Shown here in pieces: positions 24,776 through 36,967 of a stretch of 64,000 nucleotides of DNA. The DNA is from Anthoceros angustus (taxonomy: Eukaryota > Plantae > Anthocerotophyta). Within the stretch, counting starts at the first letter, position 1, and each line of letters begins with the position of its first letter. The DNA is taken from positions 1,054,001 to 1,118,000 of the forward strand of contig MU008159.1 in assembly GCA_010909165.1 (NCBI GenBank), read 5' to 3'. The notes beneath the pieces are model-generated. The model made no database searches. It was not told the origin of the DNA and saw only the letters and a list, made by a program, of their open reading frames with translations. The translations under genes and the position numbers were made by a program.

Positions 24776-25185
24776 TGCGTTGGACCAGCCATTCAAATGT
24801 CATTCAGAAACATAGCTCAACGATTCCCTATCCGGTTCAGAGGTTGGACTCGAAGGTCTTCCTGTTGTGCTTGACACCAATTGAATGTATTACCGGCCAG
24901 GAATTTCAGCACTATACATCGAAGTGGTAATTTATCGTTGCAAAGGAGTCGATTCTGATGGTTCGTGTAGCGCACGACAAGACAACCCCAGCCGTCCCTG
25001 GCCGTCTGAGAGATACAAGCACCGTTTCCCACTTAACAAAAGAGCGCCGCAGGCGTGGGAAATGTCCATTGGCAATGGAAGTCCTTCTTGTGGGCACATA
25101 ACGCAAGAAGCACGACACCTTTCGAAGACCTCTTCATAGCAGGACAATGTTTGCCTCACTCGCCATCGGAGATATTCGAAAGTCA

Positions 25186-26199
25186 TTAGGAACTAGCTAT
25201 CCCCTTGCCACGATCAAACTTTCGTTCGAGTTTTTCCACCGCAGGCATTATCCTGCTCCCGTTTAATATTTCCATTGGATTCTAGTTAAGCTGCTCAGAC
25301 TGGACTCGCATATCAATCATTGTCTCTTGTGCATCGGGTCGAGAGTTTCGTCTTGTTCTTGACTTACCACAACGATGCAATGCACAACCTATGTGAAGGT
25401 CATGGAAGAAATAAGACCTTCTGATGAAACGTTTACCAAGCTTCTCTTATCGTTGAGATGAGATTCCTCAGACCTTACTTCCATCTCCAAATGACGTTGA
25501 GAGTCGGTCGCCTCTTGTATCAACTGCTCATGCCTTGTACGTACACTTTGTGGTTGCCATATCTGTGCAACTTTTGCACACGCAGGGTTCACGATGGCGA
25601 GACAAAACATCCATGAATTCAAAACATGTATCATACATTGGATCACACATTGTCACTCATTCGCTTGCTCGCAGTGTTACCTAAGCGTGTTTGAGATTGC
25701 CAAGCCTAAGGAGCAGGCGGACGGTTTATTGCTGACTTCAATTGATCTCGGAGGCATTGCGGTCATTCAAGACACCGCAATCTCACTCGAGCGACCAACC
25801 GCTATGCGACATTTTCATCGCATTTTCAGCGGTATACGTGAAGAAGGTGGACACAATTCGCGGGAAGAGCAGAAGTCAAATCCATTTCCATACCAAAACC
25901 CTATCCACCTCGGTTTTCCTCAACGATGGAGAACCGGAAACATGTCCACCTCATCCGGCAGCGGCCTTCCGATCTGCTGCCTCCTTCTCCGCTTTGGACA
26001 TCGATGAACTCCACTTGTCTCTGCACTGCAGCATCTTGGGAAGCAAACTCGTTTCCACGAAGCTCCCAAACAAAATCCAATTCTGAGGCGTGAAACTGCG
26101 GAGGCCGGACGCAAGCACAAAATTCACAGTGGCCCAAACTCGCCTATGAATCCCGGTCCCGAAGAACACAAGCCACGGCTCTTTGGGAGAGCGTCCATC
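25186..26199 (-). pseudogene. SKIP24-like F-box gene, mirrored copy with many indels
   Basis: Fragments SKAEKEAADRKAA and AKVAQIWQPQSVRTRHEQLIQ; collinear with 35872-36967; indels may be partly sequencing error. Confidence 0.75.
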
Positions 26200-26358
26200 C
26201 CGACTTCGTCAAATTGGGAGGCTCACAAGTCCCTCGGACCGTGCCTGGCCGAGTTCAGGGCCTGGACGAATGGTAGGTTAGTTACTTGTCCAAGTGTTCT
26301 TTTAGCTCCACCTATTTACCAAAATAATTACCTATACGTCACTCGGTGTCACGACCAG

Positions 26359-28070
26359 TGTCCAAATTACCTCCTTACTGTAATATATTTTCATTTATAT
26401 TTTGATAATTACATATTCTTATCTAATAAATTATGTTATAAATATAATATATAATTGGAAATAAATAATATCTATATAACTAGATTATAGTGAATATTTA
26501 AATATTAAATATTATATTAATTAAATAATTGATAATACAGCATGAAAATACATGTATTTTTACAAAGCCCAAAAGCAGGCTAGCTCTTGGGGTGAAAGCA
26601 ATGGTTAGGGATTGGTTGGAGTTATTGTGTATCACTCTTGCTAGAGGGTGCGTGGTTATCTTAACCACCATACAGTGTTGCTAGAGGTTGCGCCTTGAGA
26701 GCACTTGTTGCTTGGCCATTGAGTATGGCATTCATTGTGCGTTTCTACCACTTGAATGATTTATTTGCTGCTGGAATGACTTGCTTCGCTTCCTTGGTTT
26801 GAGTTGTTTGTGTGTTCAAAAGCTCTTTGTTTGCTGGAATATCGACTTCCTTCGCCGAGTTGTCTGCGTACTCAAAGATCCTTGTTTGATTGCTTTGTGT
26901 GTTCCAAAGATCCTTATTTGCCGTGTATTCACGACCGATGTCCAAATTACCTCCTTCTTGTAATATATTTTCATTTATATTTTGATAATTACATATTCTT
27001 ATCTAATAAATTATGTTATAAATATAATATATAATTGGAAATAAATAATATCTATATAACTAGATTATAGTGAATATTTAAATATTAAATATTATATTAA
27101 TTAAATAATTGATAATACAGCATGAAAATACATGTATTTTTACAAAGCCCAAAAGCAGGCTAGCTCTTGGGGTGAAAGCAATGGTTAGGGATTGGTTGGA
27201 GTTATTGTGTATCACTCTTGCTAGAGGGTGCGTGGTTATCTTAACCACCATACAGTGTTGCTAGAGGTTGCGCCTTGAGAGCACTTGTTGCTTGGCCATT
27301 GAGTATGGCATTCATTGTGCGTTTCTACCACTTGAATGATTTATTTGCTGCTGGAATGGTAGCTTCGTTTGAGTTGTTTGTGTGTTCAAAAGCTCTTTGT
27401 TTGCTGGAATATCGACTTCCTTCGCCGAGTTGTCTGCGTACTCAAAGATCCTTGTTTGATTGCTTTGTGTGTTCCAAAGATCCTTATTTGCCGTGTATTC
27501 ACGACCCGATGTCCAAATTACCTCCTTCTTGTAATATATTTTCATTTATATTTTGATAATTACATATTCTTATCTAATAAATTATGTTATAAATATAATA
27601 TATAATTGGAAATAAATAATATCTATATAACTAGATTATAGTGAATATTTAAATATTAAATATTATATTAATTAAATAATTGATAATACAGCATGAAAAT
27701 ACATGTATTTTTTACAAAGCCCAAAACGGGCTAGCTCTTGGGGTGAAAGCAATGGTTAGGGATTGGTTGGAGTTATTGTGTATCACTCTTGCTAGAGGGT
27801 GCGTAGTTATGCGCAACCACCATACGGTGTTGCTAGAGGTTGCGCCGACGCGCACAACTGGGCCATTGAGTATGGCATTCATTGTGCGTTTCTACCACTT
27901 GAATGATTTATTTGCTGCGCTGGAATGACTGGCTTCGTTTGAGTTGTTTGTGTGTTCAAAAGCTCTTTGTTTGCTGCCGGAATATCTGACTTCCTTCGCC
28001 GAGTTGTCTGCGTACTCCAAAGATCCTTGTTTGATTGCTTTGTGTGTTCCAAAGATCCTTATTTGCCGTG
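26359..28070 (+). repeat. ~575-bp tandem triplication, present in the left arm only
   Basis: Units start tgtccaaattacctcctt at ~26359, ~26939 and ~27510; the right arm has a single copy (~35150-35712). Confidence 0.85.
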
Positions 28071-29403
28071 TGTTACGAAGACCCCTGTTTCCAAAGGTCC
28101 TTGTTTGCCGGAATGTCTTCCTTGGCTTCCTTGGCTTCCTTGGCTTGATCGTGGTTTGTCTGTTCGAATCCTCCTTGTTTGCCGGAATGACTTGCTTCGC
28201 TTCCTTGGCTTGAATTTCTTTATTCAAAAGCTGCTTAATTGGTTGTCAGAATGACTTCCTTGGTTTGAGTTATCTATGTGTCCCAAAGATCCTTGTTGGT
28301 CGGAATGACTTCCTTCACCTAAAATGTCTGTGTCTTCCGAAGCATCTTTTCTACGGCAAAGATTCTCTCCGCCTGTGTTGGCCATGTGCTCAAAGCGTCT
28401 TTCTCTGCCCAGAAAGAGTTCAAAGCGTTTGTAGACCTCGACCCGGAAAGATTGCCTCCACTTTATTTCTCTAGCTGGTTGACTCCTTCCTCTTTTCTCT
28501 GAGCTCTAAGCATCGTTCTCTACTACAATGATTTTGTTTTTGTGCCAAATGACTCTCTGTATGATCTATCTGGAAGATTTGTCTTCAAGGTTTTTGGAAA
28601 AGCACTCATGAGAATCATTGTATCTCATCATTACATGTTACATTGTGTTATATTCTATAGAGCTAGGTTGTATAGAGATGATTGTATCGGAAGGAAGCAA
28701 TGAGGGATTGTAGATGGTGGTATGCTGTGAGTTGTGTATGTTAGCTTGGTACGTTGTCAGGTTATTCTTACTCTGTATAGATGAAGGGTTTTTGTGACCA
28801 AACCATCCGGAGGGAGAAGCAATTCCCATACAGACCTTGAAAATGAATGATTAAATGTAGTTTCCATGCTGCCCATGACAGTTAACAGCCTTGTCTCCAT
28901 GGAAATTTGCAGGTGGGGGAAAGGGCAGCAGCAGCAGCAACAGCTGCATCCCAAGGTGCGCAAATGGCGCACAACATAACCCAGGAGCAGCAGAGGCAGC
29001 TACCACAGAACAGGTACCCCAGCTAGGGGAATTGATGAGAATCACGTTGCCTGAAGTGTGAGAACTGCCGTCGGGTTGGGTGGAAGGGTTATGTATTGAA
29101 AGCTGCTGGTGTACCGTGATTGCCCGTTTGCTATGTGTTGCCATCTCAAGTTTTGCTCGCCTTAAGCTCAAGCTGATCGAGCTCATGGTGTGTGCGATGC
29201 CGATAGCAGAAACCAGGATGTCAGGGGATGTTTATATAATAAATATTTCCCCGATGAGGATGTGAGGAGAGAGATAATCTCGAGATTCCGTTGCACCGAG
29301 GTTCCTGCGTCAATCGAGCTGTAAGTGCTATTTCCTTGTCGAATTCGTGAGTGGGTGATTCACAGACTGCAGAAGCCTGTATTGGGGTTGTGGAGGGCTA
29401 ACA

Positions 29404-30534
29404 ATGTGGAGATCAGCCTTGCAATTAATGTGCAGGCCGCGGGTGCTGGAATGCCTTGAATGGAGACCCGCCGATGAACTCGATCAAACAATGCTGTCGA
29501 AGATCGTGCTGTACTCCGACGACAACCGTCGATTATACAAGTGGGTCCAGTTCTGCGACTTCCTTCGGGAGACCAACAGTGTGGCTGTGGTACGCCTTGG
29601 AGATGGTTTGTTGGCGTACCTCAAACCTGTACGTGTGGAACCGACGATGTTGCGACTCTCTTGTGAGCCGGTGCCGGACGAATTGTGGGCATTCTTCAGG
29701 GATCCGGGCACGGTTGCTGCTGCCGCTCCAAGGGGCGACGCCGGGGCGAGTGTTGCAATTGGCCCCCAGCCGCCTCAGCCTCCCAGAGGGCCCCCACGGC
29801 AGACAGGACCGCCACAGGCAGCTGGGCGTGGAGGACCCGGGGTTGGGCGCCCACGGAGGGATCCGTCTCTTCCCCCACGACCGCCGCAGGCAGCTGGGCG
29901 TGGCGGACCCGGGGTTGGGCGCCCACGGAGGGATCCAACTCTTCCCCCACGACCGCCACAGGCAGCTGGGCGTGGCGGACCCGGGGTTGGGCGCCCACGG
30001 AGGGATCCGACTCTTCCCCCACGACCGCCACAGGCAGCTGAGCGTGGCGGACCCGGGGTTGGGCGCCCACGGAGGGATCCGACTCGGCCCCCACGCCCGC
30101 CACAGGCAGCTGGGCGTGGCGGACCCGGGGTTGGGCGCCCACGGAGGGATCCGAGTCTTCCCCCACGACCGCCACAGGCAGCTGGGCGTGGCGGACCCGG
30201 GGTTGGGCGCCCACGGAGGGATCCGACTCTTCCCCCACGCCCGCCCGCGAGGCCTACAGAGACATGGCCACAGCAGGAGCCGGCGCTGGGGCCGGCGGCG
30301 CGCTTGTGGTCTGCACAACCAGGACGGTATATATATTGGCCCTACCATCTGCCTGATGAGGCTCCACAGCAGGTGGGAGCGCTACCCCAACAGCAAGACC
30401 GGAGGCCGGATCCACCGCTCGGCGCTCAGCAGGTTGTTTCACTAACGGATGTTGCAGCTAGCAGCAGCGAGGCTACCCTGGCGGTTGTGAACGATCGTCT
30501 TCCAGGAGCACATACTCTGGTGCTGTACCTGTAG
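29404..30534 (+). CDS. Orphan 376-aa protein: N-terminal SPOC-like globular segment plus 6 x 24-aa Pro/Arg/Gly (RGG) repeats
   Basis: ORF intact in both arms; WVQFCDFLRETNSVAVVRLGDGLLAYLKP resembles SPOC C-terminal strands; 72-bp in-frame repeat PPQAAGRGGPGVGRPRRDPTLPPR; diverged paralog at 39380-39560 keeps the motif. Confidence 0.5.
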   Translation: MWRSALQLMCRPRVLECLEWRPADELDQTMLSKIVLYSDDNRRLYKWVQFCDFLRETNSVAVVRLGDGLLAYLKPVRVEPTMLRLSCEPVPDELWAFFRDPGTVAAAAPRGDAGASVAIGPQPPQPPRGPPRQTGPPQAAGRGGPGVGRPRRDPSLPPRPPQAAGRGGPGVGRPRRDPTLPPRPPQAAGRGGPGVGRPRRDPTLPPRPPQAAERGGPGVGRPRRDPTRPPRPPQAAGRGGPGVGRPRRDPSLPPRPPQAAGRGGPGVGRPRRDPTLPPRPPARPTETWPQQEPALGPAARLWSAQPGRYIYWPYHLPDEAPQQVGALPQQQDRRPDPPLGAQQVVSLTDVAASSSEATLAVVNDRLPGAHTLVLYL

Positions 30535-31235
30535 AGTCGCCAACGTGTGAACTCGTTTGAAGTTCATGACGTTTTGCTCCTATAAGTGAGCACGGATGAC
30601 GAAAGACCCTGGCTTAAGCTTGTTGACTTTGAAGTTATGCTTATTGGGCTATGTATCCCTTCCAGGCCACCTTCTCAGCAGACGAGAGCCTTGAACTTCA
30701 CATCTGAAGCTTAAGCACAGAAACTATCGAAGGTAGCTCGCCCCATGTCCATGCTATCGTCGGCATGAGTGCAGCAGTTCTCCAATCTGGTGAAGAGTGT
30801 GTCTGTGAGAGGTACTCCCAGCAGGTCACAATTCACTAATCATCAACAGACTATGGAACACAGCCTGTGCCGTGTTGCGTCACCTGGAGCCCAAGCCCCT
30901 AGCCTCCATCCGGTCTTATACTCGGCTTTCAACTCATGAGGAAAGTTAGGCGCCTCCCGCCTGAGGACGACTGTTTAGAAGTAGCTACGGACCAGGTCAT
31001 CACCATTAACAGTGAGTATATAAATAAGAATGGACAAACCACGGGTGCCGTCCTGGGCGATACCCTTCCAATTGAAACAGTAGAGCGCCTGAGGAAGGTA
31101 GAAATATGTCTGTTTGCAATGGAAGTTCTTCTTGTGCGCACGGAATGCGAGAAGCATGAACTGACACCACGAACAGACTGTCCTCCAGCTCACAAGACCC
31201 GTTACACACTGCCACTGGAGGCATTTGAAAGTCAT

Positions 31236-31830
31236 TAAGAACTAGCTAAATCCATCAAGCTTTCGTCCCAAAGAGTTTTCCACCTGCAAAGGCATTATCC
31301 CTGCTGAATTCCCTTCAGTATTTCCATTGGATTCCTGCTAACCGGCTCCAGACGCTGGACTAACATGTCAATCAGCTGTCTCTTGTGGATCTGATGAATT
31401 CTGATCTGATGAGAGTTTTGTACCGTTCTACAGCTTACCACAACCAGCACGCAATATTTGCACAAACTCTGTAAAGCGCATGGAAGGAAACAGACGCTGC
31501 AGCAGGAAACCTTTACGTACCAAGCAATTCTCTCATACGTTGAGATGAGATTCCTTCAGACCCTTACTTCCATCTCTAGTGAGAGCCAGCGTCAGCAGCT
31601 TGCTGTATCAACCATGTTCATGCCTGGTACCCACAAGTTGTGTTTGCCATATCTGCATTGCAACTTTTGCACATATGCCTGGACGGGTTACAAGCGCAAG
31701 AAACAAGCCACACATACACTTTCTTCTTTCAGCTTCAATTGATCTCTGCTGGAGGCTGTTGGAGTCATGCACAAGACCTGCAATCTCACTCTCAACAGCC
31801 AAAACTGCCAGCACATGCGACACTACTTGC
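31236..31830 (-). pseudogene. Diverged SKIP24-like 3' exon fragments
   Basis: HVLAVLAVESEIAGLVHDSNSLQQRSIEAE and AKVAMQIWQTQLVGTRHE, homologous to exons 2-4 of 35872-36967. Confidence 0.75.
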
Positions 31831-31911
31831 ATCATAAGTGTGAACGTACGTTGCCATCCGAAGTTTTGCTCGCCTAGCCCCAAGCTTTAGCTCATGGTCT
31901 GTGCAATTATG

Positions 31912-32050
31912 CCGATAGCAGATACCAGGTCTCCACTCGTACACGGGAACTTCTGTGCTATGCGGACCCACTTCTATGCTATGTACAGGAGTGGGTCCGC
32001 ATAGCACAGAAGTTCCCGTGTACGAGTGGAGACCTGGTATCTTCTATCGG
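31912..32050. ncRNA. 61-bp stem / 17-nt loop hairpin with one mismatch; candidate miRNA or hpRNA precursor
   Basis: 31912-31972 is the reverse complement of 31990-32050 except at one position. The structure is certain; expression is not. Confidence 0.45.
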
Positions 32051-32902
32051 ATTGGAAGTTCCCGTGTCTCCAGACTAGCGTCTGGAGCCAATGTTTCCAA
32101 TGGAAGACCGGTTAGCAGGAATCCAAAGGAAATACTGAAGGGAATTCAGCAGGGATAATGCCTTTGCAGGTGGAAAACCCTTTGGGACGAAAGCTTGATC
32201 AGGACAAGGATTTAGCTAGTTCTTAATGACTTTCAAATGCCTCCAGTGGCAGTGTGTAACGGGTCTTGTGACTGGAGGACAGTCTGTTCGTGGTGTCAGT
32301 TCATGCTTCTCGCATTCCGTGCGCACAAGCATATTTCTACCTTCCTCAGGCGCTCTCTGTTTTAGTGGGAAGTGTATCGCCCAGGACGGCACGCGTGGTT
32401 TGTCCATCCTTATTTATATACTCACTATTAATGGTGATGACCTGGTCCGTAGCTACTTCTAAACAGTCGTCCTCAGGCGGGAGGCGCCTAACTTTCCTCA
32501 TGAGTTGAAAGCCGAGTATAAGACCGGATGGAAGCTAGGGGCTTGGACTCCAGGTGACGCAACACGGCACAGGCTGTGTTCCATAGTCTGTTGATGATTA
32601 GTGAATTGTGAACTGCTGGGAGTACCTCTCACAGACACACTCTTCCCCAGATTGGAGAACTGCTGCACTCATGCCGACGATAGCATGGACATGGGGCGAG
32701 CTACCTTCGATAGTTTCTGTGCTTAAGCTTCAGATGTGAAGTTCAAGGCTCTCGTCTGCTGAGAAGGTGGCCAGGAAGGGATACATAGCCCAATAAGCAT
32801 AACTTCAAAGTCAACAAGCTTAACCCAGTTTCTTTCATCATCCGTGCTCACTTATAGGAGCAAAACGTCATGAACTTCAAACGAGTTCACACGTTGGCGA
32901 CT

Positions 32903-33817
32903 CTACAGGTACCGCACCAGAGTATGCGCTCCTGGAAGACGATCGTTCACAACCGCCAGGGTAGCCTCGCTGCTGCTAGCTGCAACATCAGTTAGTGAAA
33001 CAACCTGCTGAGCGCCGAGCGGTGGATCCGGCCTCCGGTCTTGCTGTTGGGGTAGCGCTCCCGCCTGCTGTGGAGCCTCATCAGGCAGGTGGTAGGGCCA
33101 ATATATATACCGTCCTGGTTGTGCAGACCACAAGCGCGCCGCCGGCCCCAGCCCCGGCGCCTGCTGTGGCCATGTCTCTATAGGCCTCGCGGGCGGGCGT
33201 GGGGGAAGAGTCGGATCCCTCCGTGGGCGCCCAACCCCGGGTCCGCCACGCCCAGCTGCCTGTGGTGGTCGTGGGGGAAGACTCGGATCCCTCCGTGGGC
33301 GCCCAACCCCGGGTCCGCCACGCCCAGCTGCCTGTGGCGGGCGTGGGGGCAGAGTCGGATCCCTCCGTGGGCGCCCAACCCCGGGTCCTCCACGCCCAGC
33401 TGCCTGTGGCGGTCCTGCCTGCCGTGGGGGCCCTCTGGGAGGCTGAGGCGGCTGGTGGCCAATTGCAACACTGGCCCCGGCGTCGCCCCTTGGAGCGGCA
33501 GCAGCAACCGTGCCCGGATCCCTGAAGAATGCCCACAATTCGTCCGGCACCGGCTCACAGGAGAGTCGCAACATCGTCGGTTCCACACGTACAGGTTTGA
33601 GGTACGCCAACAAAACATCTCCAAGGCGTACCACAGCCACACTGTTGGTCTCCCGAAGGAAGTCACAGAACTGGACCCACTTGTATAATCGACGGTTGTC
33701 GTCGGAGTACAGCACGATCTTCGACAGCATTGTTTGATCGAGTTCATCGGCGGGTCTCCATTCAAGGCATTCCAGCACCCGCGGCCTGCACATTAATTGC
33801 AAGGCCGATCTCCACAT
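32903..33817 (-). CDS. Mirror copy of the SPOC-like/RGG-repeat protein, with 3 repeats
   Basis: Intact ORF, near-identical to 29404-30534 apart from 3 fewer 72-bp units and a few substitutions. Confidence 0.5.
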   Translation of the reverse strand: MWRSALQLMCRPRVLECLEWRPADELDQTMLSKIVLYSDDNRRLYKWVQFCDFLRETNSVAVVRLGDVLLAYLKPVRVEPTMLRLSCEPVPDELWAFFRDPGTVAAAAPRGDAGASVAIGHQPPQPPRGPPRQAGPPQAAGRGGPGVGRPRRDPTLPPRPPQAAGRGGPGVGRPRRDPSLPPRPPQAAGRGGPGVGRPRRDPTLPPRPPARPIETWPQQAPGLGPAARLWSAQPGRYIYWPYHLPDEAPQQAGALPQQQDRRPDPPLGAQQVVSLTDVAASSSEATLAVVNDRLPGAHTLVRYL

Positions 33818-35871
33818 TGTTAGCCCCTCCACAACCCCAATACAGGCTTCTGCAGTCTGTGAATCACCCACTCACGAATTCGACAAGGAAATAGCACTTA
33901 CAGCTCGATTGACGCAGGAACCTCGGTGCAACGGAATCTCGAGATTATCTCTCTCCTCACATCCTCATCGGGGAAATATTTATTATATAAACATCCCCTG
34001 ACATATTCCTGGTTTCTGCTATCGGCATCGCACACACCATGAGCTCGATCAGCTTGAGCTTAAGGCGAGCAAAACTTGAGATGGCAACACATAGCAAACG
34101 GGCAATCACGGTACACCAGCAGCTTTCAATACATAACCCTTCCACCCAACCCGACGGCAATTCTCAACCCAACCCTTCAGGCAACGTGATTCTCATAAAT
34201 TCCCCTAGCTGGGGTACCTGTTCTGTGGTAGCTGCCTCTGCTGCTCCTGGTTTATGTTGTGCGCCATTTGCGCACCTTGGGATGCAGCTGTTGCTGCTGC
34301 TGCTGCCCTTTCCCCCACCTGCAAATTTCCATGGAGACAAGGCTGTTAACTGTCATGGGCAGCGTGGAACCTACATTTAATCATTCATTTTCAAGGTCTC
34401 TATGGGAATTGCTTCTCCCTCTGGATGGTTTGGTCACAAAAACCCTTCATCTATACAGAGTAAGAATAACCTGACAACGTACCAAGCTAACATACACAAC
34501 TCACAGCATACTACCATCTACAATCCCTCATTGCTTCCTTCAGATACATCATCTCTATACAACCTAGCTCTATAGAATATAACACAATGTAACATGTAAT
34601 GATGAGATACAATGATTCTCGTGAGTGCTTTTCCAAAAACCTTGAAGACAAGTTTTCCAGGTAGATCATACAGAGAGTCATTCGGCACACAAAAAAAATC
34701 ATTGTAGTAGAGAAAGATGCTTAGAGCTCAGAGAAAAGAGGAAGGAGTCAACCAGCTAGAGAAATGAAGTGGAGGCAATCTTTCCGGGTAGAGGTCTAGA
34801 AACGCTTTGAACTCTTTCTGGGCAGAGAAAGACGCTTTGAGCACATGGCCAACACAGGTGGAGAAAATCTTTGCCGTAGAAAAGATGCTTCGGAAGACAA
34901 GACACAGACAACTCAGGCGAAGGAAGTCATTCCAACCAACAAGGATCTTTGGGACACATAGATAACTCAAACCAAAGAAGTCATTCTGACAACCAATTAA
35001 GCAGCTTTTGAATAAAGAAATTCAAGCCAAGTAAGCGAAGCAAGTCATTCCGGCAAACAAGGAGGATTCGAACAGACAAACCACGATCGAGCCAAGGAAG
35101 CCAAGGAAGACATTCCGGCAAACAAGGACCTTTGGAAACATGGATCTTCGCAACACACGACAAATAAGGATCTTTGGAACACACAGAGCAATCAAACAAG
35201 GAACTTTGGAGTACGCAGATAACTCGGGCGAAGGAAGTCAGATATTCCCCGGCAGCAAACAAAGAGCTTTCGAACACACAAACAACTCGAACGAAGGCAG
35301 TCATTCCGGCGCAGCAAATAAATCATTCAAGTGATAGAAACGCACAATGGATGCCATACACAATGGCCCAGTTGTGCGCGTCACCGCAGCCTTTGGCAAC
35401 ACCGTGTGGTGGTTGCGCATAACTACGCACCCTCTAGCAAGAGTGATACACAATAACTCCAACCAATCCCTAACCATTGCTTTCACCCCAAGAGCCAGCC
35501 CGTTTTGGGCTTTGTAAAAAATCCATATCTTTTCATGCTATATTATCAATTATTTAATTGATATAATATTAAAATATTTAAAATTTATTATAATCTAGTT
35601 ATATAGATACTATTTATTTCCAATTATATATTATATTTATAACATAATATATTAATCTGTAATTATCAAAATATAAATGAAAATATATACAGTAAGGAGG
35701 TAATTTGGACACTGGTCGTGACACCGAGTGACGTGTAGGTAATTGTTTTGGTAAATAGGTGGAGCTAACAGAACACTTGGACAAGTAGCGAACCTACCAT
35801 TCGTCCAGGCCCTGAACTCGGCCAGGGACGGTCCGAGGGACTTGTGAGCCTGCCAATTTGACGAAGTCGGG

Positions 35872-36967
35872 ATGGACGCTCTCCCCGAAGAGCTGTGGCT
35901 TCAGGTTCTTCAGACTGGGATTCATAGGAAGAGTTTGGGCCACCAGGAATTGTGCGTGCTTGCGTCCGTCTCCCGCAGGTTTCGACGCCTCTGTAAATTG
36001 GATTCTGTTTGGGAGCTTCTGTGGAAACGAGAGTTTGCTTCCCGAGATGCTGCAGGTGCAGAGACAAGTGGAGTTCGTCGTATGTCCAAAGCGGAGAAGG
36101 AGGCAGCAGACTGGAAGGCCGCGTACCAGATCAGGTGGACATGTTTCCGGTTCTCCATCGTTGAGGAAAACTGAGCAGGGATAGGGTTTTGGTGTGGAAA
36201 CGGGATCTGACTTCCCTGCTCTTCCTGCGAATTGTGACCACCTTCTTCACAGATACCAGTCAGTGAAAAATGCGATGAAAATGTCGCATATGCGGGCAGT
36301 GTTGGCTGTTCAGAGTGAGATTGCAGGTCTTCAGAATGACTGCAACAGCCTCCAGAGATCAATTGAAGCTGAAAGCAATAAACTGTCTGCCCTGTTCCTT
36401 AGGCTTGGCAATCTCAAACACGCTAGGTAACACCTGCGGGCAAGCGATTGAGTGACAATGTGTAGAGTATCCAACAGGTATGATACATCTTTGAATTTAT
36501 GGATGTTTTGTCTCGCTACTGTGAACCCCGTGCAGGCAGGCAAAAGTTGCGCTGCAGATATGGCAACCACAAAGTGTACGTACAAGGCATGAGCAGTTGA
36601 TACAGCAGCAGCCTGCTGACACTGACTCTCAACGTCATTTGCTGGAGATGGAAGTAAGGGTCTGCAGGAATCTCATCTCAACGTATAAGAGAAGCTTGGT
36701 AAACGTTTCCTGTTGTAATGTCTTATTTCTTCCATGGCCTTCACAGAGGTTGTGCATTGCATGCTGGTTGTGGTAAGCTGAAGAACGGTACGAAACTCTC
36801 TGACTCAGATGCACAAGAGACAGTTGATTGACATGCGAGTCCAGCGTCTGGAGCAGCTTAGCTGGAATCCAATGGAAATATTAAACGGGAGCAGAGATAA
36901 TGCCTCTGCAGGTGGGAAAACTCTGGAACGAAAGTTTGATCAGGGCAAGCAGATAGCTAGTTCCTAA
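35872..36967 (+). CDS. SKIP24: F-box protein SKIP24-like, 4 exons: 35872-36134, 36253-36426, 36536-36698, 36809-36967
   Basis: F-box MDALPEELWLQVL...LCVLASVSRRFRRLCKLDSVW; RQAKVALQIWQPQSVRTRHEQLIQ...LEMEVRVC matches SKIP24 RQASVALNVWQPEVVRGRQKQ; GT-AG introns join in frame. Confidence 0.85.

Larger units (their letters stand above)
24770..31360. repeat. Left arm of a ~12.6-kb inverted duplication
   Basis: Reverse complement of 32075-37397 throughout (e.g. 24781-24930 vs 37240-37390; 28200-31300 vs 32170-35040). Confidence 0.92.

Noticed and set aside
29456-30445. Alternative-frame and antisense ORFs over the 72-bp repeat, and their mirrors at 33081-33765
   Set aside because: Shadows of a GC-rich repeat; only the 29404 frame shows motif conservation with the diverged paralog
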